A stretch of 64,000 nucleotides of DNA from Rhodothermales bacterium (GTDB lineage: Bacteria; Bacteroidota; Rhodothermia; Rhodothermales; Bin80), in the NCBI GenBank assembly GCA_028278205.1, contig JANQES010000120.1, positions 27,643-91,642 on the forward strand, given 5' to 3'. Every line of letters begins with the position of its first letter. Positions within the stretch are counted from its first letter, which is position 1. Shown here in pieces: positions 38,981 to 49,496 of this stretch. Made by a program: the position numbers and the translations under genes. Under the pieces are notes generated by a model. It worked only from the letters and a program-made list of their open reading frames with translations. It was not told where the DNA came from and made no database searches.

Positions 38981-41197
38981 TCAACGCGGCTCTTTCAATT
39001 CAAAATCGAGCGTGCGTTCGATGGTCTGGCCGGTGTTCTGGTCGGTGATGCGGACGGTGACGGCGAGGGGGCCTTCGCCGTTGAAGGTGCTCAGATCGAG
39101 CAGGATGTGCTCTCTGGCTGTTCGCGAAGATCCGGTGTAAGGCGTCGTCGCCAGGATCGTCTCCGCATCGCGTCGTCCCAGGAGGGAGGCGAGGGCGCCG
39201 CGCTTCTTGAGGCGGGTGACGCCGTATTCGACGGTGTAGCGCGTCCGGTCGTCGGCGTCGAAGGTGAGGTGATAGATCTCAAAAAACAGCGCCAGCGGCG
39301 TTTCGGGCGTGATGGCAACGAAGGGGTAGGGCGTCCGGGCTTCCGTGTCGTCGAGGTCGATGCCGGCGGTGGCGTAGAGGGGGGCGAGGTCGCTCATCTC
39401 CAGCGTGCCGGGGTTGGCGTCGAGGGCCTTGAGCGAATCGGCCTGGAGGGTGCCGGTTTTGAGGTAGACGAATTTGGGTTTGCCGCCGGCATCGTCCGGG
39501 TTCTCGGCGACCATGTATTCATCCCATTGGAAGGCCAGGTGGTAGGTGCCGGTGTCGCCGCGCAGGGCCATGGCGTAGACGGGGAGGTCTTGCGCAGGGC
39601 CGGTCTCAGACGGTTCGAGGTCGTGGCGTTCGCGGGTGCGTTTTCGGATCTGATAGTCCGCTCCTTTTTGCGCGGCGGTCAGGCTGAGCACGTAGCGGTC
39701 TGTGGCGGCGTGGCCTTGAAAGATGAGTTGGGCTTGTTCGGTAGCCGTGGGCTGGAGCGCATCCGGCGGCGCGGCCCAGTAGAGTTCCGTGCGCGTGGTG
39801 CCGTCGCGTTCGAGGAAGCGCGCCAGGCGTGTTTCGACGCGGAGCGGGCTGGGGCTGACGGTGAACGTGTGCACACGCGGCACCGTCTTCTCGCGTTGCT
39901 TCATCAAGGCGCGGTCGGCCCGTTCATTATCCATCAGCATGCGCCTGACGGCCACGGGCATCGGCTCCAGAAGCAGCGTCAGGTTGAGTGTGCTCGGGCG
40001 GCCCATGTTGACGGTGTCTCGCGGCGACGTTCCGGCGGCGCTGGCAAAGGCAGCTTCTTGCGAGAGATTTATGTATTGATCGAGGGCGAAGTAATTACGG
40101 GCATAATCGGGATTGAGAAACGATAACGTATGATAGTAGTCATGCATGATCATCAGGGTCATAAAGGCCCGCTCCTGGCCGCTCCCGGATGCCGTGGGCA
40201 CCAAGACGCCGCGCAAACTTTTCGGCAGCAGATCGGCGATTTGGGATAGCTGATAGCGCCCTTCCTGGTCGATGAACAGATAGTGAGCATACTGCCCCAG
40301 GTGCAGGTACGTCCAGTATTCATTGCGGGGGATGATGGTGGCGTCGGGGCGGAGATTCGTCTCCGAGAACGGCCCCGGATTTTCCAGATAATCGTTATCG
40401 ATGTGTTCGACGCGCGTCGGCGGACCCAGGCGTACATAGACTTTGCCCCGGTCGTCGAAGCCCACCGGCTTGTAGTCATAAGCGTAGCGCTCTTCCGCCG
40501 TGGCGACGCGTTCCAGATGTTCGACGATGCGTTCGTTCCAGGCGGTGGCCGGCAGCGGATCCCGGCTGTGCCACCACGTCCGCAGCCACGGCCCGGCGCC
40601 CGGCCTCAGGCCGAGCACGCCGTGTCCTAAATACGTCTCTTTATCGATAATCTGCGCTTGCGCCGGCTCTGGCAGTAAGAACGCCATCTGTGCCACGTGC
40701 TTGTAGACGATCGCGTGCGCCTGCCGGGGGAGCGTCTGGCCGGCTTGTTCGAGCAGGGTTAGATAGACCTGCGTGGCGCGGACGTAGAGGTTCTGCCGTC
40801 GTTGCCCAAAGACGGCGCTGAGGTAGGCATCGGCGAGGCGCGTGTCGAAAGCTCCGGCTTCGGTCAACGCCTCCAGGCCTGCGTGCCATGTTTCGAGGGC
40901 ACGCTCGTGATCGTCTTGCATCGTGTAGGCGCGTCCGAGCCAGTAGGCTACGGCGCCTTCGGTGGGATGTTGGAAGGTTGGCCGGGCTTCGAAGAGGGGC
41001 TCCAGGTGCAGCAGGGCCTCGGTATATTCCCCCGTCTCGAAGGCGGCGCGTCCTCTATCGAATGAAGAGGCGGCGTCTTGTGCTGAGGCCGGGCGGCTCA
41101 GGCCGAGCGCGCAAAGCAGCATCAATCCCAGGAAGAGCAGGCAACGCGATGAGCGGGTGAGCGCGGGTGTCATGAATGAAGGCAGGTTGGTGTTCAT
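38981..41197 (-). CDS. GWxTD-domain protein with N-terminal TPR
   Basis: Signal peptide; TPR-like YWLGRAY; WWHSRDPLPAT...NER, GFDDRGKVYVRLGPP, NEYWTY. Confidence 0.8.
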   Translation of the reverse strand: MNTNLPSFMTPALTRSSRCLLFLGLMLLCALGLSRPASAQDAASSFDRGRAAFETGEYTEALLHLEPLFEARPTFQHPTEGAVAYWLGRAYTMQDDHERALETWHAGLEALTEAGAFDTRLADAYLSAVFGQRRQNLYVRATQVYLTLLEQAGQTLPRQAHAIVYKHVAQMAFLLPEPAQAQIIDKETYLGHGVLGLRPGAGPWLRTWWHSRDPLPATAWNERIVEHLERVATAEERYAYDYKPVGFDDRGKVYVRLGPPTRVEHIDNDYLENPGPFSETNLRPDATIIPRNEYWTYLHLGQYAHYLFIDQEGRYQLSQIADLLPKSLRGVLVPTASGSGQERAFMTLMIMHDYYHTLSFLNPDYARNYFALDQYINLSQEAAFASAAGTSPRDTVNMGRPSTLNLTLLLEPMPVAVRRMLMDNERADRALMKQREKTVPRVHTFTVSPSPLRVETRLARFLERDGTTRTELYWAAPPDALQPTATEQAQLIFQGHAATDRYVLSLTAAQKGADYQIRKRTRERHDLEPSETGPAQDLPVYAMALRGDTGTYHLAFQWDEYMVAENPDDAGGKPKFVYLKTGTLQADSLKALDANPGTLEMSDLAPLYATAGIDLDDTEARTPYPFVAITPETPLALFFEIYHLTFDADDRTRYTVEYGVTRLKKRGALASLLGRRDAETILATTPYTGSSRTAREHILLDLSTFNGEGPLAVTVRITDQNTGQTIERTLDFELKEPR

Positions 41198-41493
41198 TAT
41201 TCTAGCCAGTTTGACGCATCAGCATCACGCCGGTTCGGACCAATCGGGGGCAGCCGGAGTGGGGGCTTGCCGGGTATGCGTTTTATTTCCAAATAGTTGA
41301 GTCGCCGGGTGAAGCTGTCTTCGCTCGGCGCGCGGGGTGGGGGCAAAGAAAGGGGGCTTATGCACATGCCAGGGGGTCAAATACGATGCCCGGTTTTACG
41401 TTTCACCTTTTACGCATGAACCCGATTGCAAAGGCGGCGTTTGCATAGGACCCAATCCCCTTTGGCAAAGACCACCATCCCGTACTCGTACCG

Positions 41494-43176
41494 ATGAAAA
41501 CCTTCACGATAGGCGCGACGCTGATGCTTGCGCTCGCTATCGCAGCCTGCGACCCTCCCGATGCCATGCCCGACGAAACTGCCGATGTCATGAACGCAGA
41601 AGCCTCAGCGGAGGCCGAGGAGCTGCTCGCCAAGTACACCTCCGTTACCCTCAACGCCGATCTGAGCGTGCTCACCGAACGCGAGCGTCAGATGATCCCG
41701 CTGCTCATCGAGGCCGGGCAGGCGATGGAGGAGATCTTCTGGATGCAAGCCTACGGCGACAAAGACGCGCTCATGGCCTCGATCGACGATCCGGGCTTGC
41801 GACGCTTTGCCGAGATCAACTACGGGCCGTGGGATCGGCTCGACGATAACGCGCCCTTCATCGGCGGCGCCGGCGAGAAGCCCAAAGGCGCCAACCTCTA
41901 TCCCGCCGACATCACGGAGGAGGAACTCGAAGCCGCTGCCGAGGCCAACCCCGAACTCAAGAGCCTCTACACGATGGTTCGCCGCGACGACGACGGCAAC
42001 CTCGTTGCGATCCCCTATCACGAGTATTTCGAAGAGCAGATGCAGGCGGCTGCCGCCAGGCTCCGCCAGGCCGCCACGCTGGCCGACGAAGGGGGCCTGC
42101 GCCGCTACCTCGAACTCCGCGCCGACGCGCTCCTTTCGGGCAACTACCAGCCCAGCGACCTGGCCTGGATGGACATGAAAGACAACACCATCGATGTGGT
42201 CATCGGCCCCATCGAGACCTACGAGGATCAGCTCCTCGGCGCCAAAGCCGCTGCCGAGACCTACGTGCTCATCAAAGATCAGGCATGGAGCCAGCGCCTG
42301 GCGCGCTACGCCGAACTGCTGCCGGCGCTGCAAGACGGCCTGCCCGTGCCCGAAGACTACAAGCAGGAGACGCCCGGCGCCAACTCGGACCTCGGCGCCT
42401 ACGACGCCATCTACTACGCGGGCGATTGCAACGCCGGCTCGAAGACCATCGCCATCAACCTGCCCAACGACGAGGAGGTGCAACTGCAAAAAGGCACCCG
42501 CCGCCTCCAACTCAAAAACGCCATGCGCGCCAAGTTCGACAAGATCCTGCTGCCCATCGCCGGGGTGCTCATCGCCGAAGACCAGCGCCAGCACATCACC
42601 TTCGACGCTTTCTTCGGCAATACGATGTTCCATGAGGTGGCGCACGGCCTCGGCATCAAGAACACCATCACGGGCCGGGGCACCGTCCGCGAAGCGCTGC
42701 GCAATCACGCTTCGTCGCTCGAAGAAGGCAAGGCCGACGTGCTGGGCCTCTACATGGTCACTTCGCTCAGCGAACAGGGCGAGTGGGACGGCGACATGAT
42801 GAATCATTACGTCACGTTCTTCACCAGCATCTTCCGTTCGATTCGCTTCGGTCTCTCTAGCGCCCACGGGCGGGCCAACCTGATCCGGTTCAATTATTTT
42901 AAGGAAAAGGGCGCCTTCACCCGCGACGAAGCCACCGGCACCTATCGCATCGATTTCGACACGATGCAGCAGGCCGCCAACGATCTCTCCGAAACCATCC
43001 TGCGCCTGCAAGGCGACGGCGACTATGACGCCGTGGACGCGTTCGTCGGGCAATACATGGTCTTCGGCGATCAACTCCAGGTCGACCTCGACCGCCTGGG
43101 CGAGCAAGGCATCCCCCGCGACATCGTCTTCGAACAAGGCCTCTCGGTGCTGGGCCTGGAATCGACCTCGCCCTGA
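41494..43176 (+). CDS. Lipoprotein zinc peptidase, M49/DPP-III-like with HEXXH
   Basis: Lipobox LAIAAC; INYGPWDRL, AINLPNDE, HEVAHG, LEEGKADVLGL. Confidence 0.85.
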   Translation: MKTFTIGATLMLALAIAACDPPDAMPDETADVMNAEASAEAEELLAKYTSVTLNADLSVLTERERQMIPLLIEAGQAMEEIFWMQAYGDKDALMASIDDPGLRRFAEINYGPWDRLDDNAPFIGGAGEKPKGANLYPADITEEELEAAAEANPELKSLYTMVRRDDDGNLVAIPYHEYFEEQMQAAAARLRQAATLADEGGLRRYLELRADALLSGNYQPSDLAWMDMKDNTIDVVIGPIETYEDQLLGAKAAAETYVLIKDQAWSQRLARYAELLPALQDGLPVPEDYKQETPGANSDLGAYDAIYYAGDCNAGSKTIAINLPNDEEVQLQKGTRRLQLKNAMRAKFDKILLPIAGVLIAEDQRQHITFDAFFGNTMFHEVAHGLGIKNTITGRGTVREALRNHASSLEEGKADVLGLYMVTSLSEQGEWDGDMMNHYVTFFTSIFRSIRFGLSSAHGRANLIRFNYFKEKGAFTRDEATGTYRIDFDTMQQAANDLSETILRLQGDGDYDAVDAFVGQYMVFGDQLQVDLDRLGEQGIPRDIVFEQGLSVLGLESTSP

Positions 43177-43194
43177 GTGGGGCTGAGTGATTGA

Positions 43195-43262
43195 AAGGGA
43201 GAAAGGGGGAAAGGGAGATAAAAACCAAATTCTCCCACTCACCCTTTCTCCCTCTCTCCCTT
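43195..43262. repeat. Purine/pyrimidine octamer inverted element (GGGAGAAA / TTTCTCCC); related to 19712-19795
   Basis: AAAGGGAGAAAGGGGGAAAGGGAGA ... TCTCCCACTCACCCTTTCTCCCTCTCTCCCTTT. Confidence 0.7.
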
Positions 43263-43471
43263 TCGTTTTAGGATGTTGCACAATAGCACAGCGGCGCGGC
43301 TCGATGTTGCTTTATACGACATCAACGGCGGCTGCGTAAAGGGGAAAATCATTAAATACTGGCGTTTTTAAGAGGTTTTGTTAAGCCTTTGTGATCAAGT
43401 GGGAGATTGGCATTATTCTCGAATAAGCGAGGGGTAGTCTGTTCGTTTCACCCAACCCTTCGCTTATTCTG

Positions 43472-44101
43472 ATGAAAACGGATACGGTTATAAAATCCTT
43501 CGAGCCGGAGGCCTCGCTGAGCCTTCCTTTTCCCGTGACGCGTCGCATGCTCGTCGGCGCGGGTCTCGGCATCCTGGCGATCTTTGTGATCTGGGCTTCG
43601 ATGGGGTCGATGGCGCAGCCCGCGCCGGTGCTGGACGTCCAGAAGGATGGCTGGCAGCGGTATCAGGCCGAGACCTTTGCTTTTTCCTATCCCGCCGGCT
43701 GGACGGTCAGCGCATCTGACCAGGATGAGGCGGCCTATCGGCTGGCGCCGGACGGGGTGGAGGCCGGCACCCACGTTGCCATCGCCTTGCTGCCGGCGGC
43801 TTCGGCAGATCTGGCACAGATCGAACGCATGGGCATCGCACACGTTGAGCGCGACGACGCCGTGGCGCGGCATTACCTGCGCATCATGCCCAAGACCCGC
43901 CTCGCCGACCACGTGGCCGCCCGCGTGCGCTTCACCACCGACCTGGTCTCCGGCGAACGCGTCGAAGGGCTCTGGGTGGGTGTGCCGCAGGCCGATGGGC
44001 AGGTGCTCTCGCTCGTGCTCAAGGTCTACCCCGATGCCTACTTCAACGGCGTCCATCACACGTTCAAGCGGCTCCTGGCGTCGGTTTCGCTGGGCGAATG
44101 A
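43472..44101 (+). CDS. Hypothetical membrane-anchored protein (PsbP-like signature)
   Basis: TM segment then WQRYQAETFAFSYPAGWTV; ends FKRLLASV. Confidence 0.65.
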   Translation: MKTDTVIKSFEPEASLSLPFPVTRRMLVGAGLGILAIFVIWASMGSMAQPAPVLDVQKDGWQRYQAETFAFSYPAGWTVSASDQDEAAYRLAPDGVEAGTHVAIALLPAASADLAQIERMGIAHVERDDAVARHYLRIMPKTRLADHVAARVRFTTDLVSGERVEGLWVGVPQADGQVLSLVLKVYPDAYFNGVHHTFKRLLASVSLGE

Positions 44102-44244
44102 TGCCGGTTTTACCTGCTCTTATTACGATTTGTAATAGTCGAGGCCATGCCAGCACCGGGCTCTGAACGGCGCCGGTGGTTCGGGCTAATTTTCTTATCG
44201 CAATTCTTTCAGATTCATTATGTCTGGATAGTGGATCTGGGTTA

Positions 44245-44315
44245 CGGGATACGAGATACGGGATATGGGATAATCGTACCGCATCTCGCATCCCGCATCT
44301 CGCCTCCCGTATCCA
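44245..44315. repeat. Inverted heptamer-tandem element (GGGATAC / GCATCTC)
   Basis: CGGGATACGAGATACGGGATATGGGAT ... GCATCTCGCATCCCGCATCTCGCCTCCCGTATCC. Confidence 0.7.
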
Positions 44316-44476
44316 GACACGATGAAACGGAACGGCAGGGTTTAGACCGGGCAAAACGCCCCTTATCGAGCCGTTTAGGCGGATTCTGAGGCGTTCTTGG
44401 AGTCGTTTTTGCACCCGATGGCAGACGCTGACCCGTGAAGCAGGCCCCGTGACGTGAGGATCGTCAGCACCAGCCA

Positions 44477-46609
44477 ATGGGAAAACGATCTCCGAGGATC
44501 CTCATGACGTTTCGTCTGCTAAGCCGGTTGCATAGACGAGACCCTGTTTCCGGACGCACCCCCGGTCCGTATCCGGCGTGGTTCGGTTCGATGGCGGTCT
44601 CTACGCTGATCCTTTCGCTCTTTTTGACGGGGTGTATCGACTCCGTGATGGGCACCGAGGACGACGCGGTGAAGCCGCGCGTCGTCGAGCAGACCGGGCC
44701 TAAGCTCCGCCATTCGCATCTATTAGACCGGGCCTTGAAGCCGATGGCCGGCAAATCAGGCTCGGCGAAGGGTCTCGGCCTGATCATCGCTGTGCAGAGC
44801 GGCGTCGAGAAGCAACGCCTCACCGAACGCTTCCGGCTCAACGGACGCTTCCGGCTCAACGGACGGTTCGATTACAACCACGTCCTCTACGGCCTCGCCA
44901 TTACCATCGAAGATCTCAGCGGCGCGGACGATTACCAGGAATTTCTCGACTCGCTGGCAGCCAATCCCGATGTGCTCTGGTACGAGCCTGATTTCAACGT
45001 GGTTTTGCCACTGTCGAGTGCATCGGGGCGGTCCAACGGCCAGCAGGTGCCCTGGAGTGTGGCCGCTATCGGCGGCATGGATAGCTGGGCCGTCAGCGGC
45101 GACGGCCACGGCAGCGTCAACGCCGAACTCTACGTGCTTGACACCGGCATCACGAATGACGACATCGACATCGTCGAAAACCTCGATTTCCGCGATAGCA
45201 CCCTGACGCTCGACCCGGACGACCGCGACGGGCACGGCACCCACGTGGCCGGCATCGCCGCCGCCATCGACGACACCGACGGCCTCGTCGGCATCGCGCC
45301 CGGCGCCAACGTCCACAACCTCAAGGTGCTCAACGACGACGGCACCGGCGACGTCTCGATGGTCATCGCCGCCGTCGAACACATCACAGCGGCGAAGCTC
45401 GCCAGTCCTTCGACGCCGATGGTGGTCAACCTGAGCCTGGGCGAAGACGTGGGCACCCCGGAGTACACGGCGATGGACGAAGCGATCCAGGCGTCGATAG
45501 CTGCCGGGGTGGTCTACGTGGTCGCTGCGGGCAACCACGGGCAGGATGCCTCGAACGTCACCCCGGCGCACGTCGAAGAAGCCATCACCGTCGGCGCCTA
45601 CGACACGGGCGGCGTCTTTGCGTGGTTTTCGAACTACGGATCGATGGTAGACATCCTGGCGCCCGGCGAAGACGTCGTTTCGTTGAATGCGTCGGATGGC
45701 GGAAACATGCCCTCGCCCTTCTTGTCTCCGACGCCGAGATCCGGCGATCCGGATGCGGTTCTCATGTCCGGCACGTCGATGGCGACGGCGCACGTTTCGG
45801 GGGCGGCAGCGCTGTATCTGGGGCAGAACCCGTCGGCTACACCGGCTCAGGTGCGGCAAGCCCTGCTTGATGCCTCCGAGTCGTTCGTCGTCGGTGCGCC
45901 TTCGGGCACGACGAACCAGAGCGTCTGGGTGGGGGTGAATCCGATGAACTCATCGGTAGGGGTCCTCTTCGTCGTGCCCGACGCCAACGCGCTCAGCGGC
46001 CAGGACGCCGCCAAGAAAGCGCTCTTCGAATCGTGGGATTACGACGTCACGCTCATCAGCGCCAGCGCACCGCAGAGCGCGTTCGATGCCGCTACGGCCT
46101 CCGCCGACGTCGCGTACGTCTCTGAAGAAGTACACTCGTCGCAACTCAATACAAAGCTCAAGCAGGCGACCATCGGCGTGGTCAACGAAGAGAAGATGCT
46201 CTCCGACGATTTCGGGATTTCTTCGGGCCAGGGTGATTTCACCGCCACCTCCATTCACATCGGCAGTGGCGGCGGCAACGACGACGATGACGACGGCGGC
46301 AGCGGCGGCGATCACTACATCACCGAGCCCTTCGGCGCCGGATCGCTGGCGATCTTGACCGCGTCGTCGCCGATGCACACGGCCACGGGGTCGCTGGCCG
46401 GCGGCGCGCAGGTGTTGGCTTCGCCTCCGTCGAACGATCGGGCAGCCCTGCTGGTCATCGAAGCAGGCGGCGCACTTCACGGCGGCGGCGTGGCTGCCGG
46501 GCGCCGCGTGCATCTGCCCTGGGGCAACAACGACTTCGACGTCAACCTGCTCAGCGACGACGGCAAAACCCTCTTGCTGCGCGCCCTCGAATGGGCTGCC
46601 GGCTCCTGA
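44477..46609 (+). CDS. Subtilisin-like S8 serine peptidase, probable lipoprotein (true start may be 44591)
   Basis: LFLTGC; YVLDTG, HGTHVAG, AAGN, MSGTSMATAHVSG; extra C-terminal domain. Confidence 0.92.
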   Translation: MGKRSPRILMTFRLLSRLHRRDPVSGRTPGPYPAWFGSMAVSTLILSLFLTGCIDSVMGTEDDAVKPRVVEQTGPKLRHSHLLDRALKPMAGKSGSAKGLGLIIAVQSGVEKQRLTERFRLNGRFRLNGRFDYNHVLYGLAITIEDLSGADDYQEFLDSLAANPDVLWYEPDFNVVLPLSSASGRSNGQQVPWSVAAIGGMDSWAVSGDGHGSVNAELYVLDTGITNDDIDIVENLDFRDSTLTLDPDDRDGHGTHVAGIAAAIDDTDGLVGIAPGANVHNLKVLNDDGTGDVSMVIAAVEHITAAKLASPSTPMVVNLSLGEDVGTPEYTAMDEAIQASIAAGVVYVVAAGNHGQDASNVTPAHVEEAITVGAYDTGGVFAWFSNYGSMVDILAPGEDVVSLNASDGGNMPSPFLSPTPRSGDPDAVLMSGTSMATAHVSGAAALYLGQNPSATPAQVRQALLDASESFVVGAPSGTTNQSVWVGVNPMNSSVGVLFVVPDANALSGQDAAKKALFESWDYDVTLISASAPQSAFDAATASADVAYVSEEVHSSQLNTKLKQATIGVVNEEKMLSDDFGISSGQGDFTATSIHIGSGGGNDDDDDGGSGGDHYITEPFGAGSLAILTASSPMHTATGSLAGGAQVLASPPSNDRAALLVIEAGGALHGGGVAAGRRVHLPWGNNDFDVNLLSDDGKTLLLRALEWAAGS

Positions 46610-46683
46610 CCAACAACGACTTCCTACCACCTTCCTGCGCTGCGCTTCCAGACGGCACAACCCCGTTCAACCGAACCAAAACC

Positions 46684-47133
46684 ATGGCGACGCTAGACGA
46701 AAAAGCCCGAATCCTGGCTGTTGAGGATGATCCGCACATCCAGATTCTTTTGAGTTATCTCCTTCAGTCTCGCTACGACCTCGTGCTCGTAGCCTCGGCC
46801 GCCGATGCCCTGCGCGTGGCCTCGGACCAACGCTTCGACCTGTTCCTGCTCGACATCAACCTGCAGGAGGACGCCACCGGGGTCGATGTGCTGAATGCCT
46901 TGCGCCGGATGCCGCGCTACCGCGCCACCCCGGCCATCGCCTGCACCGCCTATGCCATGCACGGCGATCACGAGCGCTTCATCAAGCAGGGGTTCCTGGG
47001 CTATGTAGGCAAGCCTTTTTCGCGCGAAGGCCTCCTCCGCGCTGTGGCCGAAGCCCTGACCGTGCCCTCCGAGCGCCACAGCCTGCCGGCGCTTTCCCTC
47101 TCGGCGGAGCCGCTGCACAGCGTCGCCGCGTAG
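46684..47133 (+). CDS. Single-domain response regulator (receiver)
   Basis: ILAVEDD, LFLLDINL, ACTAYA, YVGKPF. Confidence 0.92.
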   Translation: MATLDEKARILAVEDDPHIQILLSYLLQSRYDLVLVASAADALRVASDQRFDLFLLDINLQEDATGVDVLNALRRMPRYRATPAIACTAYAMHGDHERFIKQGFLGYVGKPFSREGLLRAVAEALTVPSERHSLPALSLSAEPLHSVAA

Positions 47134-47222
47134 GTCGGCTGCGCGTGGTCATCGATTTTATTGCGGGGGGAGCAAGCGCGCCCCGGCGCCGGCCATCATC
47201 GGCGCCGGGGCGCTTTTTTATG

Positions 47223-47340
47223 AGTCGGAGAGCCGGAGAGTCGAAGAGCCGGGGATGGTCGGATAGCGGATGGCTGATGATTGATGATTGAAGGGAAACG
47301 CGCATTCAATCCAAAATCCAAAATCCGCAATCTAAAATCC
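47223..47340. repeat. Compound short tandem repeats ending in a family A (TCCAAAA)n arm
   Basis: GTCGGAGAGCCGGAGAGTCGAAGAGCCGG, CGGATAGCGGATGGCTGATGATTGATGATTG, AATCCAAAATCCAAAATCCGCAATCTAAAATC. Confidence 0.7.
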
Positions 47341-47419
47341 CCCAGACCTGCCTTGCCCCTGTCCTGCCAAAGCGCTAACATGCCAGAGCGTACCGATTTT
47401 CGACCGATTCGACGGATCT

Positions 47420-47950
47420 ATGCCGATGCGTCTTTTTATGCTCCGGTGGTGTGGTGTGCTCGGCGTGCTGCTGCTCGTGAGCGCCTGTGGCGGCTCGACG
47501 GAGACGACGGCGCCGCAGCAGGCTACTACTGCCGATGTCAATGCTTTTCTCAAAGAAGCGCTTGAAACCGCGCTGGCGCCCGGCTACGACGATCTCATCG
47601 CGCGGCTCGGCCCGCCCGTCCGCGTCAAAGCCGAACCCATGGCCGGGACGGCGGCCTCGCAGCAAGACACCCTGCGGACGATGATCTATTATGGCCTGGA
47701 GGTGGTGTTTCATGAAGGCGCTGCGCCGTCGCGGCTGGCGCGGCTGGCGCTCACCGATGCCCGGCACACCTCGCCCGAAGGCTTGCGCGTGGGCTATGCC
47801 GAGAGCGAAGTCGTCAGCACCCTCGGCCCGCCCACCCGGCGCGAATCGACGCTCCTGGTCTACGAGAAAGAGACGCCGCAGCCTTGCACGCTGATGGTGT
47901 TTCTCGAACGCCGGGCCATCAGCCGCATGGAGTGGCGGTTTGCGCAATAA
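47420..47950 (+). CDS. Hypothetical lipoprotein
   Basis: LLVSACGG; GLRVG...EVVSTLGPP. Confidence 0.75.
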   Translation: MPMRLFMLRWCGVLGVLLLVSACGGSTETTAPQQATTADVNAFLKEALETALAPGYDDLIARLGPPVRVKAEPMAGTAASQQDTLRTMIYYGLEVVFHEGAAPSRLARLALTDARHTSPEGLRVGYAESEVVSTLGPPTRRESTLLVYEKETPQPCTLMVFLERRAISRMEWRFAQ

Positions 47951-48546
47951 TATCGAATAGCGAGAGGAGTCGATTGGAAATTGGATAGCGGTGTCCGGCC
48001 CTTTCGAAGGCCCGGGCACCTTCGGCGCTGTACACATCTGGGCAACATATAAATAGCCCGTCACGATTCGTTAAGAACACTACCTATTTTCCCTCGATAG
48101 ATTACAAGATGTAATCCGAAAAATCCTCCTCGTGCCAGCCGGACTCTTTTTTTCAGGGGGCCGATTCACCTTTATAATTCTTTCTAAAAGACCTCGTCCG
48201 GCCCGGCGATAGCGGCTTTTTTTTCGATAGAATAATAGAGGGTCGTGGGGGGACGAATGCCCTCGGAACGCTGTTTCTTCCCCTTTTTGATGCGATTTGC
48301 GCCGGTGTGACTGCGAGGCAGTGCAAGAGATTTTGAGGCGATGGAAAGACGACGCCGCCTTCGCCGGGAGGCGCTGCGCCGGGCTTTTGCCGAGACGGCC
48401 TGCGCAAAATTGGTGTCGTTCTTGCCTTAGGTGCTGCCGCCGGACGATGCCGGGGCGACCGACCGTTCGCCCCGGCGTTGATCCGCGTAGTTCCTTCGCG
48501 TCCCTGCTCCGGGGCGGCGAATTCGTAAACGGCAGGAGGTAGTAAC

Positions 48547-48882
48547 TTGAAGCGGATGTTTCGTTTCACGCAAAGCCGGCGTTACGCCGTTTTGCGCTAC
48601 AGCATCTCAGCGCTTTACAGCAGCGGCTTGCTGGCCGGCTGTCCCAGCGGCGTGTCGTCCGAAGACGCGCCGGCGCCGGAGGCCGAGCAGGCTTCGTCTC
48701 AGGATTACCTCTCTTCTACGCTTCGCCCCGCCCCGCTGTGCGAGTGCATGCCGGGCAGTCTCCTCAAGACCAGCGGCAAGGATAAGACCGTCCTCGAAGC
48801 AGACCGTCTCGCTGCGCGCCGCGAAGGATTCCTTCCAACCCTCGAAACCAGGCCCGGCAGGGCAATAACACGCTTTACATAG
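48547..48882 (+). CDS. Possible small lipoprotein or gene remnant
   Basis: AGGAGGT before a TTG start; LLAGC lipobox-like; otherwise no motif. Confidence 0.3.
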   Translation: MKRMFRFTQSRRYAVLRYSISALYSSGLLAGCPSGVSSEDAPAPEAEQASSQDYLSSTLRPAPLCECMPGSLLKTSGKDKTVLEADRLAARREGFLPTLETRPGRAITRFT

Positions 48883-49025
48883 AATGTTGAGGCCTTTGCG
48901 CCTCAGCACCGCGCCGGTCGGGGGGACATGCAGGCCCACCCCGGCCGGCCACCTCCGGGTGCCCTCTACCCGGTCTACCAAAGCGGCCCCCCCTTGAAAA
49001 CGTGATGGAGAACACGGTGAAGACC

Positions 49026-49421
49026 ATGGCGACTCAAGACCCAAAAACACGGATCCTCGTCGTCGAGGATGATCCCCATATCCAGTTGTTGCTGCGCCAT
49101 CTGTTGCGTCCGTGGTTCGAACTCGAACTGGCTGTGACAGTCGATGAGGCGCTCAACATGGCCGCGCGCCACGCCTACGATTTGTTTCTGATCGACATCA
49201 ACCTCGGCGCCGGGCGCACGGGGGTCGATCTACTCTGGGCGCTGCGGCAGATGCCGAGTTACCGCGCCACGCCGGCGGTCTCCTGCACCGCCTACGCCCT
49301 GCGCGGCGACCGCGAACGTTTTCTCTCCTACGGCTTCGATGAGCACATCGACAAACCGTTCGAGCCGCGTCAATTGCATGAGATGCTGGAGTTGGCCTTG
49401 AGCCGTCGTCCGGCAGCCTGA
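49026..49421 (+). CDS. Single-domain response regulator (receiver)
   Basis: ILVVEDD, LFLIDINL, SCTAYA, HIDKPF. Confidence 0.92.
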   Translation: MATQDPKTRILVVEDDPHIQLLLRHLLRPWFELELAVTVDEALNMAARHAYDLFLIDINLGAGRTGVDLLWALRQMPSYRATPAVSCTAYALRGDRERFLSYGFDEHIDKPFEPRQLHEMLELALSRRPAA

Positions 49422-49496
49422 TCCTGCCTTGTCGCTTTCGGTGCCGCCGCCGGTGCTTTCTTTCCCCGGGCCCTTAAAGAACCGTATCCACTAGCC

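Noticed and set aside
44828-44869. 18-nt duplication (RFRLNG twice) in the S8 pro-domain
   Set aside because: In-frame local slippage with no evident wider significance
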